A DNA stretch of 64,000 bases, taken from the NCBI GenBank assembly GCA_918234285.1, contig CAKJXZ020000014.1, positions 20,777 through 84,776 of the forward strand, read 5' to 3'. Shown here one piece after another: positions 56,937 through 64,000 of this stretch. The notes beneath the pieces were generated by a model. The model saw only the letters and a list, made by a program, of their open reading frames with translations. It had not been told where the DNA came from and searched no databases. How positions within the stretch are numbered: the stretch's first letter is position 1; each line of letters opens with the position of its first letter. Both the position numbers and the translations under genes were made by a program. The stretch is from Pseudomonadota bacterium. GTDB lineage: Bacteria; Pseudomonadota; Alphaproteobacteria; RF32; CAG-239.

Positions 56937-58610
56937 ATGCAAATGGATACGGAACTGCTGAAATATATTATGATTGCGAGCATCATTATTGAAATGACGC
57001 TGGTGGGAATTATTATTGCCATGCAGGTAAAAATTGCCAAATATCAACGCAAGGTCTATTTCATAAAACGTGACCGCGAACGTTGCAACGAGGTTCTGTA
57101 TTCAACCAAAGACGGTTATCTGTGTTTTGTTTATCCGGATCAGAAGGTGAAAGATATGCAAAAAGGAATCGTTGAAAGATGTTCGCGCCGGTTGGCGGTT
57201 ATGCTCGGGTTGAAAAATGGTACGGCCTCGTCGTTTGCCGATGTTTGTGAGGCTTTTTATAAAGAAGATGCGCGAATCCTGAAGAAGTATGTTACCTTGT
57301 TGCAACAGGAGGGACATGCCTTTGAGGACGTGCTGAAACTCAAAGGAGGGCAACGCTTGGTGTGTGTTTACGGCAGCCGGATACAGGGAGCGGATAATAA
57401 CCTTTATTGCGATATTATTTGGTGTCGCGATGTATCCTCGGAAGCCGAAAAAATCAATACGCTGGAAGATGAGATAACAAGCGCGCAGAATCGGGTAACC
57501 GGTTTGGAAAATATGATTGACGGTGTTAACTATCCGCTGTGGCTGCGAGATGAAAATCTTAATCTGCTTGAGATAAATAAAAAATATCTTGAATACAGCG
57601 GTTTAAGTAATAAAAGTGATGTAATAAATCAATCTGTGGAGTTGGGTAACAACAACGGAGATTCGGTGGTAAAAAAAGTTGCGGCCGAGGCACAGAAAAG
57701 CAAAAAAATCCAGAAAAAAGCCTTCAAAATGGTGCGCGGCGGAGCGTTGTATAACTATGAAATTCAAGAAAATCCGTATTTTATTGACGATAATCTGGAT
57801 AAGGTCGGTACGGTCGGCTATTTGGTCGATAATACCGAATTGGAACATCTCAAACGCGGATTTAAGGCAAATCAGAACAGTCACCTGGAAATTTTGGGAA
57901 CACTCGGTACGGCTTTTGCCATTTTTGACGGACAAACCAATTTATTCTTTTATAACAATGCTTTTCGCGATTTATGGGGGTTGGATAACGAATTTTTGGA
58001 AAAAACTCCGAGTTATTTGCAGTTTTTGGAAACGGTGCGCGAGCATAAACTGTTGCCGCCGGTACCGGATTTTAAGGCTTATAAAGAAGATGAGCTGGCG
58101 GTTTTCGGCGGATTATGGGAAACGCGCGAAGATTTGTTGCATTTGCCGGACGGACGTGCTATTCGGCGTTTCCGCACGCCGCATCCGAACGGAGTGATTT
58201 TTGCTTTTGAAGACGTTTCCGATCGATTGGCTACCATGCGTCGTTTGAATGAGTTGACCGCGTTACAGCAAACCATTTTGGATAATTTGAATGACTCGGT
58301 GATTATATTCGGCGCCAACCAGCGTTTAAAATCATATAATCGCGCTTATTTGAAGCTGTGGAGCTTGGATTTTGATAAAATGCAGGATGAGCCGAAACTG
58401 GAAAAAATTATTGCTTACCAAAAGCTGTTCTTTTCCAACGTTGATGATTGGGAAAGCTTTAAGCAGAGTATGATGGCAAACATAACCGAAGGCCGTAAAT
58501 TCGATTTATTGCGAGATGATAACGTGAATATCGCCGTTTCACCGCTGGTCTTCTATGACGGCTCGTTTATGATTACATATACCGTAAAAGCGGCACGGAA
58601 AGGTAAATAG
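56937..58610 (+). CDS. Membrane-anchored multi-PAS protein (DivL-like sensory region, no kinase domain)
   Basis: N-terminal TM; PAS repeats (PLWLRDENL, AFAIFD..YNNAF..LW, VIIFGANQRLKSYN); ends without DHp/CA. Confidence 0.75.
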   Translation: MQMDTELLKYIMIASIIIEMTLVGIIIAMQVKIAKYQRKVYFIKRDRERCNEVLYSTKDGYLCFVYPDQKVKDMQKGIVERCSRRLAVMLGLKNGTASSFADVCEAFYKEDARILKKYVTLLQQEGHAFEDVLKLKGGQRLVCVYGSRIQGADNNLYCDIIWCRDVSSEAEKINTLEDEITSAQNRVTGLENMIDGVNYPLWLRDENLNLLEINKKYLEYSGLSNKSDVINQSVELGNNNGDSVVKKVAAEAQKSKKIQKKAFKMVRGGALYNYEIQENPYFIDDNLDKVGTVGYLVDNTELEHLKRGFKANQNSHLEILGTLGTAFAIFDGQTNLFFYNNAFRDLWGLDNEFLEKTPSYLQFLETVREHKLLPPVPDFKAYKEDELAVFGGLWETREDLLHLPDGRAIRRFRTPHPNGVIFAFEDVSDRLATMRRLNELTALQQTILDNLNDSVIIFGANQRLKSYNRAYLKLWSLDFDKMQDEPKLEKIIAYQKLFFSNVDDWESFKQSMMANITEGRKFDLLRDDNVNIAVSPLVFYDGSFMITYTVKAARKGK

Positions 58611-59528
58611 ATGATAACGGATGATGAGTTGAAAAAGAAAAACGAAGATGACGAAGACACCGACAATATCGGTTCCGGTGTTTTAGGCAGCAAAAAAGGG
58701 TTTGAGGAAAGCGAGCGTCTGACACTACGGATTGACGCTTTGGAAGCCGATAAATACCAGAAGAAAAAAACAAAAAACAACGTCAATCGAATCTCAAAAA
58801 ATCCTAATAAGATTAAAACTAAAGTGCGGCAAATGGATGATGATGACGATGAAGACGAGGATTTGATGGACCATACTGCCATGCGCTCGCTTAACCGATT
58901 GTGGCGTATGCAAATGAATCGGCAGGATTCCACAAATTCGGATACGTCACTGGTCAACGCACTGGAGTCCGATGAACGGCGACAGATTATGCAAAACATC
59001 ACTACCGAAATAACGCGTCAGGAGGAAAATGCCGGTCGGCACAACGCATTGGCGCAGGCGGATAAATTGCTGAAAAAGGCTGATTTGGAGCAGATGAATA
59101 CGCAGGAATTTATGAACGAAATGAAGGATGCTATTTATAATCCGAGTAAGTTGCGACGTGAGGCATTGGCTACGCATATTGCCAAACAAATGGGAATTAA
59201 GGGCGAAATAGTCAAACACAGCGAAGGCGAGGTGGTTGAGGGCGTGCGCAAGGTTAAGTCGCTGTCGGGCGGGCGCAAGGTTGATGCACTGAAGATGGAT
59301 GATGTTAAGAAAGTCGGCGAAAAGAAAATGACACAAAACGAAACAGCCGAACTGATTTTACGCAAGTCGGGACAGACAGCACGCTTATCGGAAATCAAGC
59401 ACCAGAGCAAAACGCGGAATTCCGGCTCGAAAAGGGGGAATAAGTCGAAAAGCAATAAATCTTATTCGGCGCAGATGAAAGAGCTGTTGCGGGAATCGCT
59501 TAAGAAAAATGATAAAATAGGGAGATAA
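58611..59528 (+). CDS. Hypothetical charged protein
   Basis: 305-aa ORF, acidic patches and basic C-terminus. Confidence 0.7.
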   Translation: MITDDELKKKNEDDEDTDNIGSGVLGSKKGFEESERLTLRIDALEADKYQKKKTKNNVNRISKNPNKIKTKVRQMDDDDDEDEDLMDHTAMRSLNRLWRMQMNRQDSTNSDTSLVNALESDERRQIMQNITTEITRQEENAGRHNALAQADKLLKKADLEQMNTQEFMNEMKDAIYNPSKLRREALATHIAKQMGIKGEIVKHSEGEVVEGVRKVKSLSGGRKVDALKMDDVKKVGEKKMTQNETAELILRKSGQTARLSEIKHQSKTRNSGSKRGNKSKSNKSYSAQMKELLRESLKKNDKIGR

Positions 59529-59604
59529 TCAAAAGTTACGATTTACTTTTAAAAAAAAATATAATAAAGTGGTCAACATAAAATAACTCTTTAAGGAAAA
59601 AAAC

Positions 59605-60024
59605 ATGGAAAATCAATATTACACACTTATGGAAAAGCAGGATTTTTTCGAAATAATCGAAAATAAATACGGTGAATTGGCGATTTTTATTGATGCGCGC
59701 GACGGTGAGCCGCAAGAACCGGTTTTGCAGTTTGACGGCAAGAAAACCGCTTTGTTGAAGCGTGATGAGCGCCGCTCGATTATTTTGGATAATATCGATG
59801 TCGAAACCAGAGGGGTTTTGGCCGAATCCGAAGTGGTTATGATTTGCGAAATGCATGCCGATGTAGTAGTCAGAGTTTATGCCGTGGCGGTGGAAAATGT
59901 TGAAGATATCGTCTTGAATGGTCGCAGAACCCGTGCCGATGAAATATTCAGAGCCAAGAGCAAAGAAGAATTGCTCAAGTCTTTCGGCGCAATCAAAACT
60001 TGGACCGGCGGTACCACAAAATGA
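59605..60024 (+). CDS. Hypothetical protein
   Basis: SD AAGGA; ATGA overlap with next gene. Confidence 0.75.
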   Translation: MENQYYTLMEKQDFFEIIENKYGELAIFIDARDGEPQEPVLQFDGKKTALLKRDERRSIILDNIDVETRGVLAESEVVMICEMHADVVVRVYAVAVENVEDIVLNGRRTRADEIFRAKSKEELLKSFGAIKTWTGGTTK

Positions 60025-60428
60025 TCGGACTTGTTTTTGTAACACACGGCAACTTGGCGTTGGAGTTTTTGGCCGCGATGGAGCACGTTGTCGGCAAACA
60101 GGATAATGTGGCTTGTGTTTGTATCGGGCCGGAAGATGATATGGATGCTCGCCGGCAGGAGATTTTAACTAAGGCCAAAGCGGTTGATACGGGAAAAGGT
60201 GTATTGCTTTTGACCGATATGTTCGGCGGAACACCTTCTAACTTGGCAATGTCGGTTATCAGCCATGGTAATTTTGACGTGATTGCCGGGGTTAATCTGC
60301 CGATGTTGATTAAGTTGGGCGAGGCCCGCAAGACCATGAATTTGGCTGATTGTGCCGATTGCGCACAGGAATCCGGTAAAAAATATATCAATGTTGCTTC
60401 ACAGTTGCTGAACGGAACATCCAAATGA
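60021..60428 (+). CDS. manX: PTS EIIA, mannose/fructose family
   Basis: MIGLVFVTHG, LTDMFGGTPSN, GVNLPML. Confidence 0.9.
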   Translation: MIGLVFVTHGNLALEFLAAMEHVVGKQDNVACVCIGPEDDMDARRQEILTKAKAVDTGKGVLLLTDMFGGTPSNLAMSVISHGNFDVIAGVNLPMLIKLGEARKTMNLADCADCAQESGKKYINVASQLLNGTSK

Positions 60429-60700
60429 GTGAAGCTCAGGCAGAAGTGATGATTTGCAATCAGAAGGGGCTGCATGCACGGGCGGCAGCCGCTTTTGTTA
60501 AGTGTATTGCCGATATTGATGCCGAAGTTACGGTGGAAAAAGACGGAGTTGTGGTTGACGGTTGCTCGATTTTGAGCCTGATGATGTTGGCCGCTTCCAA
60601 AGGGTGCACCATCAAAATCAGGGCCACCGGAAACGAGGCGCAAAAGGCCGTCGATGATTTGAAATTGCTGATAAATAATCGTTTTGGTGAAGAATCGTGA
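60425..60700 (+). CDS. ptsH: Phosphocarrier protein HPr/NPr
   Basis: NQKGLHARAAA, SILSLMMLAA, RFGE. Confidence 0.9.
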   Translation: MSEAQAEVMICNQKGLHARAAAAFVKCIADIDAEVTVEKDGVVVDGCSILSLMMLAASKGCTIKIRATGNEAQKAVDDLKLLINNRFGEES

Positions 60701-61626
60701 CTAAGCAAAAAGCACCGCGTAATAAAACAATTTGTCTGAACCTTAAAGAGGAAATCGCTTTGTCGCGTCGTGCCGTTAAATTTGCGCCGTTTCGCGAGCC
60801 CCCGCAGCTGAATAATCAAATCGTTTGGCAAGATACGTTTTATGCTTTGCGGCACATTCCCGATAATTTCGCTGATTTGATGGTGGTTGATCCGCCGTAT
60901 AATTTAACCAAGAACTTCGGCAAAAATATTTTTTATCGCACCGATTTGCAAACATATAAAAAGTGGCTGGATAAATGGCTGGCGCAGACGGCACGGATTT
61001 TGAAGCCGAATGCCAGCGTATACATTTGTTCCGATTGGCAGAGTTCGCTGGTGATACCGGAAGTTGCGGCTAAATATTTTGTGTTGCGCAACCGCATTTC
61101 GTGGGAGCGCGAGAAGGGCAGAGCGGCCGAAAATAACTGGAAAAACTGTTTGGAAGATATTTGGTATTTTACCAAGTCCGATGATTTTACCTTTAATTTG
61201 GATGCAGTTAAAATGCAGCGCAAAGTGTTGGCGCCGTATCGCGATAAGGGAGGAAATCCTAAGGATTGGCAGGAGAGTGACGGGCAAAAAATCCGCTATA
61301 CCGCTCCGTCAAATATCTGGACCGATATAACGGTGCCGTTCTGGTCAATGCCGGAAAATACCGAGCATCCGACGCAAAAGCCGGAAAAACTGATAGCCAA
61401 GCTGATTTTGGCTTCGAGCAATAAGGGAGATATGGTGTTTGACCCGTTTGTCGGCTCGGGCACTACGGCGGTGGTGGCAAAAAAACTCGGTCGGCGTTTT
61501 TTGGGGATTGAGCGCGAGCGCAAATATGTGGCATTGGCGCTGAAACGTTTGGATATGGCCGCGGAAAATCCGGCAATTCAGGGCTATGAAAACGGCGTAT
61601 TCAAAAGTCGCAACGCTGAAGAATAG
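60697..61626 (+). CDS. Orphan beta-class N6A/N4C DNA methyltransferase
   Basis: DPPY before HPTQKP and DPFVGSGTT; no adjacent restriction enzyme. Confidence 0.9.
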   Translation: MTKQKAPRNKTICLNLKEEIALSRRAVKFAPFREPPQLNNQIVWQDTFYALRHIPDNFADLMVVDPPYNLTKNFGKNIFYRTDLQTYKKWLDKWLAQTARILKPNASVYICSDWQSSLVIPEVAAKYFVLRNRISWEREKGRAAENNWKNCLEDIWYFTKSDDFTFNLDAVKMQRKVLAPYRDKGGNPKDWQESDGQKIRYTAPSNIWTDITVPFWSMPENTEHPTQKPEKLIAKLILASSNKGDMVFDPFVGSGTTAVVAKKLGRRFLGIERERKYVALALKRLDMAAENPAIQGYENGVFKSRNAEE

Positions 61627-61634
61627 GCCTTCTT

Positions 61635-62597
61635 TTATTCCCGTTCCTCAGCTTGTTTTTTCTTAAACGCGGCATAACCGGCCTTCAACCGAGCTTGTGC
61701 GACTTTATTTTCCTCATGTTTTTTCTGCCGAATTTTATAGACGGATAACTCGCTTTGATACTTTGCGCTTTCAATCAAGTCTTTATATTTTATATAATAA
61801 TCGCCGTCTTCATCTTCCGCCTTCGGGCAATTATATCTTTCCATCAAATCATCATCGCAATATATTTTTTCATCACCCGACATTTGAGGCAACCCGAATA
61901 AAGATAATAAGTCATTATTTTTACTGCACCCAAAATCTCCGCCGACTTCTTGCGGCGCTCCTTGCAAAGATGTTAATTGATTATTATAGCACCAAAAACC
62001 TCCTCCGACTTCTTGTGGCGCTCCGGTCAGGGAAGTCAGTTGATTATCAAAGCACCAAAAATCTCCGCCGACTTCTTGCGGCGCTCCTTGTAAGGTGGTA
62101 AGTTTATTGTAGTGGCAATAAAAATCTCCGCCGACTTCTTGCGGTGCTCCGGTCAAGGAAGTAAGTTCATTATCGCGGCAATCAAAATATCCGCCGACTT
62201 CTTGCGGCGCTCCGGTCAGGGAGGTCAGCTGATTATTATCGCACCAAAAATCTCCGCCGACTTCTTGCGGCGCTCCGGTCAAGGTAGTAAGCTTATTGTA
62301 GTGGCACTCAAAATCTCCGCCGACTTTTCGCGGCGCTCCGGTCAAGGTAGTAAGCTCATTATTAGAGCACCCAAAACCTCCTCCGATTTCTCGTGGCGCT
62401 CCTTGTAGGGTGGTCAGTTGATTGTCGTTGCAACTAAAATCTCCTTTAACCGTAACTTTTGATAAATCAGGCAGTTCGGTTAAACCTTTTTTGCTCAAAT
62501 CCACATCGCCTTCAATCACAAACCCGTCCGGAAGGTTATACAAATTGTACGTCTTCCCGTCCTGTTCAAACTCAAATTTATCGTTTAACTCAGCCAT
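61635..62597 (-). CDS. Leucine-rich repeat protein (21-aa repeats, about 9)
   Basis: GGDFxCxxNxLTSLxGAPQEV units with 63-bp DNA period. Confidence 0.9.
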   Translation of the reverse strand: MAELNDKFEFEQDGKTYNLYNLPDGFVIEGDVDLSKKGLTELPDLSKVTVKGDFSCNDNQLTTLQGAPREIGGGFGCSNNELTTLTGAPRKVGGDFECHYNKLTTLTGAPQEVGGDFWCDNNQLTSLTGAPQEVGGYFDCRDNELTSLTGAPQEVGGDFYCHYNKLTTLQGAPQEVGGDFWCFDNQLTSLTGAPQEVGGGFWCYNNQLTSLQGAPQEVGGDFGCSKNNDLLSLFGLPQMSGDEKIYCDDDLMERYNCPKAEDEDGDYYIKYKDLIESAKYQSELSVYKIRQKKHEENKVAQARLKAGYAAFKKKQAEERE

Positions 62598-62609
62598 TTT
62601 TATTACTCC

Positions 62610-63749
62610 TTATTCCCGTTCCTCAGCTTGTTTTTTCTTAAACGCGGCATAGCCGGCTTTGAATTTGGTCTGAATATCCTGTTTTTCCTGCTGTTTTTGG
62701 CGGTGAATTCTGTTCTTGGCCAATTCGCTTTTATAAAGAGGGGTTGCTATCAGCTCCTTGTAGCCGCAGCCTTTTTCCTTGGCATCGGCAATACCGTATT
62801 TTTCACCCAGGGCATTATCGCAGCATATCTTCTTATCTTCGTCCAATACGGGTACACCGAATAACGATTGCAGTTCCTCGTTTTTGTAGCATTTGAAATT
62901 ACCGTAAACCACCTTAGGTGCCCCTTGCAGGGTAGATAATTCGTTGCCCCTGCAATCAAAATCTCCGCCGACTTTTTGCGGTGCACCTTGTAAGGAAGTG
63001 AGTTGATTATTGTTACAATAAAACCGTTCGCCGACGGTTCGCGGTGCCCCTTTAAGCGAAGTCAAATTGTTATCATGGCAGGAGAAAAGTCGGTCGACAC
63101 TCTGCGGAGCTCCATCCAGAGATGTCAACTTATTATAGCTGCAATAAAAACTGCCTTTAATGGTTTGCGGCGCCCCTTTTAAGGTGGTCAGCTCATTGTC
63201 GCTGCAGTTGAAGGTCCAACCGACTTCGCGCGGCGCTCCCTCCAGAGATGTCAACTTATTATAGCAGCATTCAAATTTTCCGCCAACCTTTTCCGGCGCT
63301 CCCTTTAAGTAGGTTAAACAGTTTTGGTTGCATGTAAAATATTTGCCGACGGTTCGCGGTGCGCCTTTCAGAGTTACCAGTTCGTTACCGCTGCAGTCAT
63401 AAAAACCACCGACAATTTCCGGCCCACCTTCTAAGGAAGTAAGTTCGTTGTCAAGGCAGTCGAAGTCTCCGCCAACCTCTCGCGGAGCACCCCTCAAAGA
63501 GGTCAGTTTATTACTTTCGCACCTGAAATCCCGACCTACTTTTCGCGGTGCGCCCTTTAAGGAGGTTAACTGGTTATGGTGACATGAAAAAGAGCCTTCA
63601 ATCGTGACTTTGGATAAGTCCGGCAGTTCGGTTAAGCCTCTCTCCGACAAATTAACGTCTCCTTTAATCACAAATCCGTCCGGCAGGTCATAAAGGCTGT
63701 AAGTCTTTCCGTCCTGTTCAAATTCAAATTTATCGTTTAGTTTCGCCAT
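62610..63749 (-). CDS. Leucine-rich repeat protein (21-aa repeats, about 12), paralogue
   Basis: Same N-cap, repeat and KAGYAAFKKKQAEERE tail. Confidence 0.9.
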   Translation of the reverse strand: MAKLNDKFEFEQDGKTYSLYDLPDGFVIKGDVNLSERGLTELPDLSKVTIEGSFSCHHNQLTSLKGAPRKVGRDFRCESNKLTSLRGAPREVGGDFDCLDNELTSLEGGPEIVGGFYDCSGNELVTLKGAPRTVGKYFTCNQNCLTYLKGAPEKVGGKFECCYNKLTSLEGAPREVGWTFNCSDNELTTLKGAPQTIKGSFYCSYNKLTSLDGAPQSVDRLFSCHDNNLTSLKGAPRTVGERFYCNNNQLTSLQGAPQKVGGDFDCRGNELSTLQGAPKVVYGNFKCYKNEELQSLFGVPVLDEDKKICCDNALGEKYGIADAKEKGCGYKELIATPLYKSELAKNRIHRQKQQEKQDIQTKFKAGYAAFKKKQAEERE

Positions 63750-63760
63750 GAGTACTGCTC

Positions 63761-64000
63761 CTATTCTCGTTCCTCAGCTTGTTTTTTCTTAAATGCGGCA
63801 TAGCCGGCCTTAAACTTATCCTGAGCAACCTTATTTTCCTCGTGCTTTTTCTGCCGAATTTTATAGACGGATAACTCGCTCTGATACTTTGCGCTCTCAA
63901 TCAAGTCTTTATATTTTATATAATAATCGCCGTCTTCATTTTCCGCCTTCGGGCAATTATATCTTTCCATCAAATCATCATCGCAATATATACTTTTATC
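63761..64000 (-). CDS. 3' end of a third LRR paralogue (truncated by window edge)
   Basis: C-terminal region nearly identical to that of 61635..62597. Confidence 0.85.
   Translation of the reverse strand, partial: DKSIYCDDDLMERYNCPKAENEDGDYYIKYKDLIESAKYQSELSVYKIRQKKHEENKVAQDKFKAGYAAFKKKQAEERE

Noticed and set aside
60697-61626. CcrM cell-cycle methyltransferase
   Set aside because: Beta-class MTase, but it lacks the CcrM C-terminal domain and has DPPYNLTK rather than the DPPYNLQL I associate with CcrM.
61920-63600. Regular 63-bp repeats as a CRISPR array
   Set aside because: They are in-frame coding LRR units with no unique spacers and no cas genes.
61635-64000. Diversity-generating retroelement acting on the LRR genes
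   Set aside because: No reverse transcriptase or template repeat in the window, and variable codons include TGG/GAG/GGG, so they are not restricted to an AAY-derived pattern. A trans-acting element elsewhere cannot be excluded.

Overview
Chromosomal window from an alphaproteobacterium. Gene order supports this (ihfA-merR, hfq-hflX, leuS-lptE-holA, ihfB-lapA, manX-HPr, recO-parC), and a host- or gut-associated lineage is inferred from several Firmicutes-like genes. Housekeeping genes are interleaved with accessory material. (1) A ~15 kb co-oriented cluster encodes a MoxR/midasin-like AAA+ ATPase, a small paralogue of its C-terminal domain, a HExxH-acidic linker-vWA protein, a histidine-phosphatase fusion, two paralogous ~1100-aa helical proteins and a HipA-like probable pseudokinase. 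(2) A complete nicotinamide-salvage operon (nadM-pncA-pncB-nadE) carries two copies of an RNA motif I do not recognise: a hairpin with an invariant CAGGGCUUA loop, a downstream pseudoknot strand and, in copy 1, a full expression platform. This candidate new NAD-pathway riboswitch is the best lead. (3) There is a promoter-to-terminator, apparently non-coding structured transcript at 24.5 kb. (4) An HNH nuclease is paired with a SUKH immunity protein. (5) A cluster of GTCAT-tagged palindromic repeats includes one carrying a structured insert. (6) A tandem array of 21-aa LRR proteins has hypervariable positions. Several unrelated accessory proteins share a basic/aromatic C-terminal tail that may be a secretion signal. 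No tRNA, rRNA, CRISPR array, transposase, integrase or reverse transcriptase was seen. All calls are by eye; no database searches were run.
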